From assembly GCA_016794585.1 (NCBI GenBank), contig JAEUJM010000043.1:182847-246846 (forward strand): a stretch of 64,000 bases of DNA, given 5' to 3'. Positions 56,323 through 64,000 of the stretch are shown piece after piece. A model generated the notes under the pieces. That model was not told where the DNA came from, did not search any database, and saw nothing but the letters and a program-made list of their open reading frames with translations. The position numbers were made by a program, and so were the translations under genes. This stretch comes from Acidimicrobiales bacterium (GTDB taxonomy: Bacteria > Actinomycetota > Acidimicrobiia > Acidimicrobiales > DATDAH01). Position 1 is the stretch's first letter. Each line of letters opens with the position of its first letter.

Positions 56323-57717
56323 ATGGACTTCACCGTGCTCTCGCACGCCGGTCTCGTGGTGCGGGGCGGCGGCACCGAGCTGTTGTGCGACCCCTGGCTC
56401 GTCGGGTCGTGCTACTGGCGCTCGTGGTGGAACTACCCCCCGCCGAGCCCCGAGCTGGTCGAGTCGCTGCGGCCGTCGGCCATCTCCCTCAGCCACATCC
56501 ACTGGGACCACTTCCACGGCGTCTCCCTCCGACGCTTCCCGCTCGACACGCCGGTCCTCGTGCCCCGCGGCCACCACGACCGGATGCGGCGGGATCTGGA
56601 GTGGCTCGGCTTCACCGACGTCCGCGAGCTCCGTCACGGCCGGCGGGTCGAGCTGGGGCCCGACTTCGCGGTCACCTCGTACCAGTTCGGCCCCTTCCTC
56701 GACAGTGCCCTGGTCATCGAGAGCGAGGGGGTCACCTTGTTCAACGTGACCGACGCCAAGCTGATGGGCCGGCCGCTCCGACAGGTGCTGGACCGCCACC
56801 CGGACATCGACTTCGTGTTCCGGAGCCACAGCTCGGCCAACGGTCGCCTCTGCTTCGAGATCACCGACGACCCTGACGAGGCCGTCGACGACGAGTCGCG
56901 CTACGTCCGGTCCTTCGTCGACTTCGCGGTGCGCAGCGGCGCCCGCCACGCCATCCCCTTCGCCTCGAACCACTGCTTCTTGCACCGCGAGGTCGTCGGC
57001 CTCAACGGCACCATCAAGACGCCGCAGATGGTGCTCGACGAGATGTCGACCCGTGCCCTCACCCGTCCCGAGGCCCACGTGCTCGTCTCCGGGGACTCGT
57101 GGTCCAGCCACGAGGGCTTCGCCGTCGCCCCGAACGACTGGTTCACCCAGCGTGAGGCGCACCTCGAGCAGTACGGGCGCGACGTCGCCGACCGGCTGGA
57201 GGCCACCTACGTCGAGGAGGAGGCCGCCACCCTCGACGAGGAGGAGGTGCGGCGGTACTTCGCCCGGTTCAGCGCCGCGCTCCCCTACCCGCTGCGCCGC
57301 TTCTTCCGGAGCCGGCCCATCGTGTACGTCCTCGCCGCCGGCGACCGTCGCGACCTCCTGTCGGTCGACCTCGCCACGGGCTCGGTCACCCGCCTCGACG
57401 ACGTCGACGACCGGCGCCATCCCGTGCAGGTGCACGTGGCCACCCACGTGTTCCAGCAGTGCATCGAACTCGACCTCTTCTCCCATCTGCCGATCTCGAA
57501 GCGGGTGCGGTACCGCATGCCCAGCGCCCACAAGCGCACGGTCCAGGTGCTCAACCTCACGTTCAACCTCTACGAGTACGACTACCTGCCACTCCGCAAG
57601 GCGGTGAGCCGGCGGGCGCTGCGGAACTGGCTCGACCGGTGGCGGGAGGTGCTCTTATACGGCCGGGTGGGGGTCGACGTCGCCCTCGGGCGCGGCGTGG
57701 ACGTCGAGCGCTACTGA
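56323..57717 (+). CDS. MBL-fold metallo-hydrolase with a C-terminal extension
   Basis: The HxHxDH motif reads SLSHIHWDHFHG, and downstream metal-ligand His/Asp residues are present. Start is set at the internal ATG MDFTVLSHAGL. Confidence 0.65.
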   Translation: MDFTVLSHAGLVVRGGGTELLCDPWLVGSCYWRSWWNYPPPSPELVESLRPSAISLSHIHWDHFHGVSLRRFPLDTPVLVPRGHHDRMRRDLEWLGFTDVRELRHGRRVELGPDFAVTSYQFGPFLDSALVIESEGVTLFNVTDAKLMGRPLRQVLDRHPDIDFVFRSHSSANGRLCFEITDDPDEAVDDESRYVRSFVDFAVRSGARHAIPFASNHCFLHREVVGLNGTIKTPQMVLDEMSTRALTRPEAHVLVSGDSWSSHEGFAVAPNDWFTQREAHLEQYGRDVADRLEATYVEEEAATLDEEEVRRYFARFSAALPYPLRRFFRSRPIVYVLAAGDRRDLLSVDLATGSVTRLDDVDDRRHPVQVHVATHVFQQCIELDLFSHLPISKRVRYRMPSAHKRTVQVLNLTFNLYEYDYLPLRKAVSRRALRNWLDRWREVLLYGRVGVDVALGRGVDVERY

Positions 57718-57764
57718 TCCAGAGCCGGACGCCGCCGCCGGCCTCGGACTGCGAGGATGGCGCG

Positions 57765-58580
57765 GTGACCACGGACCCGCTGCCCCGCACCGCTGCCGGC
57801 CGCGAGGAGGTCGCCCGGCGCCTCGCCGAGCTGGACGAGCTGGAGCCGTACCTCGCGCTGGCCAGGGAGATCCGACGTGAAGTGGAACGGGTGGCGGCCG
57901 ACGACGACGCCGGCGCCGAGTCGATCGTGGCGGCCATCGACCGGTTCCCCCTCGAAGAGCGCGAGCGGGTCGCCCGGGCCGTGTTCGACCGGTTGGCGCC
58001 CGAGCGCCAGTGGGAGGTGATCGAGCGGGTCTTCGGCGACGAGGAGGTCCGTGGGTACCTCCAGCTCGAGCGTGCCGCCCGGCGGGAGCAGGCCCGACGC
58101 ACGGCCACGCACCACGCGCTGGCGATCCAGGCCCGCACCGACGGGCTGCTCGACACCCGGCTGCTTCCTGCCGGCACGGCACTCACCCTCGGTCTGTTCC
58201 GAGAGCCCGAGGTCGCCGCGGCGGTGCGCCGGGGCAGTGGTTCGACCACGTGCGTCCGCCGCCTCGTGCTGCGGGCCGAAGGCGACCGCGATGGAGCCCT
58301 CCGCGTCGTCGAGGACGTGTTCGACCCGAGCCGCGGGTACTTCGTCACCGGCGACTACGACGAGCGGACCTGGCGCTCGGAGCGCATCGAGTCGCACGAC
58401 CTGGTGCAGGTGGGCGCGCTCACGAACGGCACGCCGACCGAGGCCGAGGGCGACCCGGCGTTCGCTCCCGTGCTCGTCCCCGGCGCTCGCGTCGACGTGT
58501 GCCGGGACGGCGAGCCAATCCGGGGTCGCCTGCACCTCGGCTTCGCTAAGTTGGCCGAGGACGACGTCTTCGCCGGCTGA
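57765..58580 (+). CDS. Hypothetical protein (Arg/Glu-rich helical N-terminus)
   Basis: High-GC3 ORF with a GTG start. No recognisable domain from sequence alone. It directly precedes the flotillin gene. Confidence 0.45.
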   Translation: MTTDPLPRTAAGREEVARRLAELDELEPYLALAREIRREVERVAADDDAGAESIVAAIDRFPLEERERVARAVFDRLAPERQWEVIERVFGDEEVRGYLQLERAARREQARRTATHHALAIQARTDGLLDTRLLPAGTALTLGLFREPEVAAAVRRGSGSTTCVRRLVLRAEGDRDGALRVVEDVFDPSRGYFVTGDYDERTWRSERIESHDLVQVGALTNGTPTEAEGDPAFAPVLVPGARVDVCRDGEPIRGRLHLGFAKLAEDDVFAG

Positions 58581-58634
58581 GCCGACACGGCGCCGCGCCG
58601 TGTTCGGGCCACCCCGGCCCGGGAAACGAGAGGC

Positions 58635-60716
58635 GTGCACATGACCCTGGTCCTCCTGGCCGTGATCGGCGGGATCGCCCTTTTCCTCTTGCTGGTGGTG
58701 CTCGGCAGCTTCACCTCGATCGGCCCCTCCGAGGTGGGCCTGGTCACCAAGCGCATCGGCAAGAAGCTGGAGGGCGGCCAACTCGTCGCCCTGAACGGCG
58801 AAGCCGGCTACCAGGCCGACCTGCTCATGCCGGGCCTGCGCTTCAAGTTCTGGCCGGTCTACAAGGTCCGGCGCTTCCCATGGGTGCAGGTCCCGCCCAA
58901 CCAGGTCGGCCTCGTGATCGGCCAGGTCGGCGCCGCGCTGCCCACGGGCGCAAAGTCAGCCGCGTACCGTCCCGAGTTCGGCAACTTCGCCGACGTGCGC
59001 ACGTTCCTGTCCCACGGCGGTCAGCGGGGCGTGCAGCGGCCGGTCCTCCCGCCGGGCACGACGGCGCCGATCCACCCCGTCGGCTTCGTCGTCCTCACCA
59101 GCGACGCCACCTTCGGCGAAGTCGTGTCCGACGCCACCCTGGCGGCGATCCGCCAGGTCGACCCCGCGGTCCTGCGGGTGGTGCACATCACCCCCCAGGG
59201 CGACCGGGACATCGTCGGCGTGGTCACCACCCTGGAAGGGCCCCCGTCCGGGGACATCGCCAGCCGCATCGGGGGATTCGCCGACGTCACCGCCATGGAG
59301 GCCTCGCCCACCGGGGGCTCCCCCATCCAGGTCATCCAGGCCGTGCTTCGGTCCAAGAACGACCTGCACGACAACTACCAGGACTACCAGGCGTTCCTGG
59401 CCAACGGCGGGTGCATCGGCCTCCAGCACGATCCGCTGCTGTACGGCTCGTACCTCCTGAACCCGTTCCTCGTCCGGGTCGAGCTCCGCGAGATGCTCGT
59501 CGTCCGCCAGGGCGAGGTGGCGGTCATCAAGTCCTACGTCGGCCTGCCCACCGAGGACACGTCGGGCGAGGAGTTCAAGTTCGGCTCGATCGTGAAGCCC
59601 GGCCACCAGGGGATCTGGTCCGAACCGCTGCGCACCGGCAAGTACACGCTGAACCCCCGCATCTACGAGGCCGAGATCGTCCCCACCTCGATCCTGACCC
59701 TGAACTGGTCGCACGTCACGAGCGAGGCGCACAGCCTCGACGCCCGCCTGGCGCCCATCGACGCGAAGAGCAAGGAGGCCTTCGCCTTCAGCATCGACCT
59801 CCAGGTGCAGATCCACGTCCCCGACACCCGGGCCCCGAAGGTCATCTCGATGGTCGGCACCATGGCCAACCTGGTCAACGAGGTGCTCCAGTCGGCCGTG
59901 GGCAACTACTTCCGCAACAAGCTCCAGACCCTCGGCGCCACCGAGTTCATCGAGAAGCGCGACGAGGTGCAGTCCGCGGCCGAGAGCTACATCCAGTCGT
60001 ACCTCTCGCGCTACGAGGTCGAGACCCGCGGCGTCTACATCCAGGACGTGGTGTTCCCTCCCGACCTCGTCGAGGTGCTCACCAGCCGGGAGATCGCCTC
60101 GCAGGAGCGGGCCACCTTCGCCCAGCAGCGCGCCGCCCAGGAGGCGCGCGTCAGCCTCGAGCAGCAGCGCGGCGTCGCCGACATGCAGAGCGAGCTGGCC
60201 CAGGCCAACGTGTCGGTCGACATCGAGCGCTCCCGGGCCCAGGCGGCGAGTGCCCGGGCCGAGGGCGAGGCGGCGGTGATCACCACGACCGGTAACGCCG
60301 AGGCCACCCGCACGCGGGCCCTCGGTGAGGCCACCGCCGTCGCCGAGCAGGCCCTCGGTCTCGCCCGGGCCAAGGGCTTCGAGGCCCAGAGGCGCGCCAT
60401 CGGCGCCGAGCAGACCGCCCTCGTCGCGGCCCTGCGCGAGGTCGCCGCGGGCAACGTGAAGATCGTGCCCGACATCCAGGTGGGCTCGGATGCCGGCATC
60501 CTCGGCGGCGTCGGCGCCCTCTTGATGCAGTCCCTGGCCCGCGGCGACGGGGCGGGCGCGGCCGGCGACGGCAACGACCCGGCCGACGGCGACACGGTCG
60601 ACGGTGACGGACCGGGGGCGGAACCGGCCGCGGTGGTCGACGTGGCCGGGGTCGAGGCACCGAAGGGGCCGACGCCGGCACCTCCACCGCCACCGGCGGC
60701 CGACGCCGGCCCCTGA
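58635..60716 (+). CDS. Flotillin-like SPFH/band-7 domain membrane protein (YqiK-like)
   Basis: N-terminal TM helix, an SPFH domain (EVGLVTKRIGKK...), then a long Ala/Glu/Arg-rich coiled coil (AQQRAAQEARVSLEQQRG..., EGEAAVITTTGNAEATRTRALGEATAVAEQ) typical of flotillins. Confidence 0.8.
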   Translation: MHMTLVLLAVIGGIALFLLLVVLGSFTSIGPSEVGLVTKRIGKKLEGGQLVALNGEAGYQADLLMPGLRFKFWPVYKVRRFPWVQVPPNQVGLVIGQVGAALPTGAKSAAYRPEFGNFADVRTFLSHGGQRGVQRPVLPPGTTAPIHPVGFVVLTSDATFGEVVSDATLAAIRQVDPAVLRVVHITPQGDRDIVGVVTTLEGPPSGDIASRIGGFADVTAMEASPTGGSPIQVIQAVLRSKNDLHDNYQDYQAFLANGGCIGLQHDPLLYGSYLLNPFLVRVELREMLVVRQGEVAVIKSYVGLPTEDTSGEEFKFGSIVKPGHQGIWSEPLRTGKYTLNPRIYEAEIVPTSILTLNWSHVTSEAHSLDARLAPIDAKSKEAFAFSIDLQVQIHVPDTRAPKVISMVGTMANLVNEVLQSAVGNYFRNKLQTLGATEFIEKRDEVQSAAESYIQSYLSRYEVETRGVYIQDVVFPPDLVEVLTSREIASQERATFAQQRAAQEARVSLEQQRGVADMQSELAQANVSVDIERSRAQAASARAEGEAAVITTTGNAEATRTRALGEATAVAEQALGLARAKGFEAQRRAIGAEQTALVAALREVAAGNVKIVPDIQVGSDAGILGGVGALLMQSLARGDGAGAAGDGNDPADGDTVDGDGPGAEPAAVVDVAGVEAPKGPTPAPPPPPAADAGP

Positions 60717-60800
60717 GGTTCCACGGTCCCGTCGAGACGGCTTCTGGCCACGTCTGGCGGGACCGGGCCCCCACCCGCCTATGCTGGGCGGCTCGCATCG

Positions 60801-60875
60801 GCGCCTCTAGCTCAACGGCAGAGCAACGGACTCTTAATCCGCAGGTTCTGGGTTCGAATCCCAGGGGGCGCACCA
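60801..60875 (+). tRNA. tRNA-Lys (anticodon CTT)
   Basis: GCGCCTC-TA-GCTC-AACGGCA-GAGC-A-ACGGA-CTCTTAA-TCCGC-AGGTT-CTGGG-TTCGAAT-CCCAG-GGGGCGC-A-CCA. The cloverleaf was folded by hand. CCA is encoded. Confidence 0.8.
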
Positions 60876-60933
60876 CCACCACGCCAAACCGCCGCCGGGT
60901 CGATGATCCGGGCGGACGGATGATCAGCGCAGA

Positions 60934-62979
60934 TCAGACGAGCGGGCCGCTCTCGATCCGGGGCTCGATGGGCGCCGGCTCGGTCGTGAAGGGCGGGAAG
61001 GGACCGTTCGAGTACACGCCGACGCGCCTGGACGCGAACGTCGAGATGATGTCGGTGTCGCTCAGCGAGTGCACGTAGACCACTGCCCCTGACGCCTCGA
61101 GCTGCGCGGCGAACGTAGGGGTGTACCTGCGCTGCTGGGCCATGTTCGCGGAGAGGGAGAGCGCCCGGTTCCTGGTGTTCCACCACATCATCACCGCGGG
61201 CGTCCGGTTGTTGCGCACGAAGCGCACGACCTCAGGGTCGTCGAAGCGGTTCCACGCCTGGGTGCGGTACAGGGCGAGCACATAGTTGCGGATGGGGTAG
61301 ATCGCGCGGAGGCGGTCGAGCTCGGCCTGCCCCTCCACATGGGGGACGAGGCGATCCATGAGATCGGGTCGCCCGGCGGTGAGGCGCACGAACTCGGCCA
61401 CGATCTCGACGTGGTCGAACTTGGTGTCGAGGATCACGTAGGCATCGGCGTAGGCGGGGGTGCGCAGCAGCTCGACCAGGTCGGCGGCGAACACAGGGGT
61501 GAAGGTCGACGCCTCGTTCCCGTTCCCTCCTCCCACGGTGTAGGTCGCGTCGAGCTGGCCGCGCGTCGCCTCGTCGAACGTGACTCCCGGAGGCAGGCCG
61601 TAGCGGCGTTCGGTCCCGTTGTGGGCGGCGAGCACCGTGCCGTCGGCGAGGCGCACCCAGTCGGCCTCGAAGACCCGGAAACCGCGGGCGAAATTGTGCT
61701 CGAAGGCCTCGAGGCTGTTGGAGTAGCCGAACTGGCGTCCGTACTGGTCGGGCGGCGTGGGCCCGAAGGCGTGCGCCATGTAGCCGTAGGGGTCGTACTG
61801 CGTGGCCCACGTGTCCTGTCGGAAGGGGGCGTCGGCGCCCGGGAGTGGGTCGAGGATCGCCGGGCGGGCGGCGAAGGCCCGTCCCGGCCCCGCGAACCAC
61901 AGGGCGTCTCGGGCTGCGCCGGCCGCGTACCAGAAGAGGTCGTCGCGGCCGTCGCCGTCGTAGTCCCCGGGACGGGCCGCGTAGGTGCCCCCGACCTTGA
62001 CGGCCCGGGGCGCGAAGCCCCCGGGGGACCCGTACCAGACCCGGTCGGACGCGACCCCGGCGTTGTCCCACACCAGGTCGTCGGCGCCGTCGCCGTCGTA
62101 GTCGCCCGCCACCGGCACCGCGGCGCCGACGGTGGCGGTGGTGGCGCCCTCGAACCCACCACTGCGCCGGCCGCTCCACAACACGCCGCTGCCGGCCTGG
62201 CCGTCCCAGTACACGTCTTGGGGGCCGTCGCCGCCGAAGTCGCCCACCACCGGGGTGTAGGTGCCGTTGACCTTGATCGACGCTCCCACGAAACGGCGCG
62301 TCCAGGTTCCCCGCCACAGGTAGTCGCCGGCGGTGCCCGGTCCGTACCAGAGGATGTCGGTGGTGCCGTTGCCGTCGAAGTCGCCGAGGACCGGGGTGTA
62401 CTGCCTGGTGACCGCGACGGGCACCGCGGTGAACCCGGAGGCGGTGCCGTACCAGAGCCGGTCGGGTCCCGAGGCCGAGTACCACAGCACGTCGCTGCGG
62501 CGGTCACCGTCGAAGTCGCCCACGAGCGGCACGTAGACCCCGGCCACGCTCACCGATCTCCCGACGAAGCCGCGGCCCGCCGTCCCCTGCCAGAGGTAGT
62601 CGGCCGCGCCGCCCGGCCCGTACCAGAGCACGTCGTCGCGCCCGTCGCCGCCGAAGTCGCCGATGAGCGGGACGTAGGTGCCCCCCACGGTGACGGCCCG
62701 GCCCGCGAATCCCCGGTTGGCCTTGCCGTACCAGGCGTGGTCGGGTGAGCCACCGGGCCCGTACCAGAGCTGGTCCGCACGCCCGTCGCCGTCGAAGTCG
62801 CCCACCAGCGGGCTGGGCGGCGTGGGCGCCTCGGGGGCCTGGGCGGAGAGCCCGTCCGCCTGCCGGCCTGCCGGCGACGCCGGGGCGGAGGTGGGCATCG
62901 CCACCGAGCCCACCGACGTCGCCCCGGTCACGATGAGCACGGCCGCGAGGGTGCGCAGGGCACTCGGCGGTCGGAGCAC
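60934..62979 (-). CDS. Secreted protein with N-terminal FG-GAP-like repeats and a C-terminal glycerophosphodiester-phosphodiesterase/PI-PLC-like domain
   Basis: Signal peptide. Then at least 7 repeats of GDFDGDGRxDxLWYGPG...W. The C-terminal region YSNSLEAFEHNFARGFRVFEADWVRLADGTVLAAHN resembles the GDPD/PI-PLC-X catalytic barrel start. Confidence 0.65.
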   Translation of the reverse strand: MLRPPSALRTLAAVLIVTGATSVGSVAMPTSAPASPAGRQADGLSAQAPEAPTPPSPLVGDFDGDGRADQLWYGPGGSPDHAWYGKANRGFAGRAVTVGGTYVPLIGDFGGDGRDDVLWYGPGGAADYLWQGTAGRGFVGRSVSVAGVYVPLVGDFDGDRRSDVLWYSASGPDRLWYGTASGFTAVPVAVTRQYTPVLGDFDGNGTTDILWYGPGTAGDYLWRGTWTRRFVGASIKVNGTYTPVVGDFGGDGPQDVYWDGQAGSGVLWSGRRSGGFEGATTATVGAAVPVAGDYDGDGADDLVWDNAGVASDRVWYGSPGGFAPRAVKVGGTYAARPGDYDGDGRDDLFWYAAGAARDALWFAGPGRAFAARPAILDPLPGADAPFRQDTWATQYDPYGYMAHAFGPTPPDQYGRQFGYSNSLEAFEHNFARGFRVFEADWVRLADGTVLAAHNGTERRYGLPPGVTFDEATRGQLDATYTVGGGNGNEASTFTPVFAADLVELLRTPAYADAYVILDTKFDHVEIVAEFVRLTAGRPDLMDRLVPHVEGQAELDRLRAIYPIRNYVLALYRTQAWNRFDDPEVVRFVRNNRTPAVMMWWNTRNRALSLSANMAQQRRYTPTFAAQLEASGAVVYVHSLSDTDIISTFASRRVGVYSNGPFPPFTTEPAPIEPRIESGPLV

Positions 62980-63032
62980 CCGTCGAAGGTACCAAGGTCG
63001 GGTCCCGGTCGGACCTCATCTAACCTCGGACC

Positions 63033-63716
63033 ATGGCCGACGATCGCCCCGTCCTCATCGCCCCGTCGGTGCTGCCCGCCGACTTCTCCCGCCTCGGCGA
63101 GGAGTGCGTCGCCCTCGAGGAGGCCGGGGTCGACCGCATCCAATTCGACGTGATGGACGGCCGCTTCGTCCCCAACCTCACCTTCGGCCCCGACGTCATC
63201 GCCTCGCTCCGTCCCCACGTGGCCGTGCCCTTCGAGGCCCACCTGATGGTCGAGGAGCCCGACCAGCTCGCCGCCCGCTACGTCGAGGCCGGCTGCGAGC
63301 GCCTCATCGTGCACACGGAGGCCTGCCCGCATCTGCACCGCACGCTGGGCAACATCGCCGAGCTCGGGGCCACGGCCGCGGTCGCCGTGAACCCCGCCAC
63401 CCCGGTCTCCGCGTTCGCCCACGTGCTCGACCTGGTCGACCTCGTGCTGGTCATGACCGTCAACCCCGGGTTCGGCGGCCAGTCCTACCTCGCCACCATG
63501 GAGCCCAAGATCGCCGAGACCCGGCGGCTCGTGGTCGAGGGGGGCTACGACGTCGACGTGGAGGTCGACGGCGGCATCGGACCTTCGACCGTGGGGGCCG
63601 CCGCGGCGGCCGGTGCCAACGTCCTCGTCGCCGGTAGCGCCCTCTACCGCGATCCCGAGGGGCTCGGGCACGCGGTAGCCGACCTGCGCGCCCGCGCCGA
63701 GGCCGCTCGGGCATGA
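63033..63716 (+). CDS. rpe: Ribulose-phosphate 3-epimerase
   Basis: LIAPSVLPADFSRLGEE..., DVMDGRFVPNLTFG, HLMVEEP and MTVNPGFGGQ are canonical Rpe motifs. Confidence 0.9.
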   Translation: MADDRPVLIAPSVLPADFSRLGEECVALEEAGVDRIQFDVMDGRFVPNLTFGPDVIASLRPHVAVPFEAHLMVEEPDQLAARYVEAGCERLIVHTEACPHLHRTLGNIAELGATAAVAVNPATPVSAFAHVLDLVDLVLVMTVNPGFGGQSYLATMEPKIAETRRLVVEGGYDVDVEVDGGIGPSTVGAAAAAGANVLVAGSALYRDPEGLGHAVADLRARAEAARA

Positions 63717-64000
63717 CCGCACGGCGTTTCGGGCCGCTCGCGGCTGCGGTGCTCGCCGCCGGGGCGCTCCTGGCGGCCGCAGCCTGCTCCTCGGGCGACG
63801 ATGGGGCCCAGCCGGACAAGGAGACGTTCTGTGCCAGGCTGGCCGAGTTAAACGCCGTGACGTCGGCGTTCGACCTCAACGTGGCCGACGACGCCGAGGT
63901 CGAGCGGGTGGCGCAACTCCTCGACGACATCGAGGCCACCGCGCCCGCCGAGATCAGCGACGACGTGGCTGCCCGGTTCGCCTACGTCGACGAGGTGATC
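63713..64000 (+). CDS. Lipoprotein, N-terminal fragment (continues beyond the window)
   Basis: The ATG overlaps the rpe stop (ATGA). Signal peptide with lipobox LLAAAACSS. The frame is open to the end of the window. Confidence 0.45.
   Translation, partial: MTARRFGPLAAAVLAAGALLAAAACSSGDDGAQPDKETFCARLAELNAVTSAFDLNVADDAEVERVAQLLDDIEATAPAEISDDVAARFAYVDEVI

Overview
High-GC (~70%) actinobacterial chromosomal window. It is almost entirely housekeeping and cell-envelope genes, in an order close to the conserved actinobacterial proB-obg-rpmA-rplU-rne-ndk-folC / tig-clpP-clpX neighbourhood of Mycobacterium and Streptomyces.

Recognisable genes, in window order:
- 3' end of a class II DAHP synthase
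- sirA-cysH sulfate-reduction pair
- GH15 hydrolase
- MoxR/vWA chaperone pair
- proA
- CbbX-type AAA+ ATPase, followed by vWA lipoproteins, murJ and pspA
- proB, obg, rpmA, rplU, rne
- the rne-associated TIGR03936/TIGR03960 radical-SAM pair
- rodA, mrdA, mreD, mreC, mreB
- ndk
- a complete conservon (cvnA-D)
- folC, clpX, clpP, tig
- four tRNAs (Pro-TGG, Gly-TCC, Arg-TCT, Lys-CTT)
- a double O-antigen-ligase-like membrane protein
- two FG-GAP-repeat secreted proteins
- an LLM oxidoreductase, an MBL hydrolase, a flotillin, rpe

Features that stand out:
1. A translationally coupled triad of Tad-type pseudopilins (TadE, TadE, TadG-like), plus a divergent dGTPase, inserted between rpmA and obg.
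2. A separate Flp/TadE-signal protein carrying a long Thr/Pro linker and a ~130-aa C-terminal domain, just downstream of the conservon.
3. A perfect (CCGA)24 microsatellite 2 nt after the rne stop codon, in the rne-rplU leader.
4. A tightly coupled plus-strand array: AAA+ ATPase, hypothetical, SBP+vWA lipoprotein, membrane coiled-coil protein, MurJ, PspA.
5. A tRNA-flanked segment carrying the fused O-antigen-ligase-like and FG-GAP proteins.

No CRISPR, IS element, integrase or obvious defence gene was seen.

Coordinate caveats: the supplied ORF track writes GTG/TTG starts as 'M', and several true starts lie inside the listed ORFs. Counting positions off the printed sequence disagreed with the ORF track by +/-1 nt in a few places, so RNA and motif coordinates are approximate to about 1-2 nt. 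The many long antisense ORFs are high-GC artefacts.
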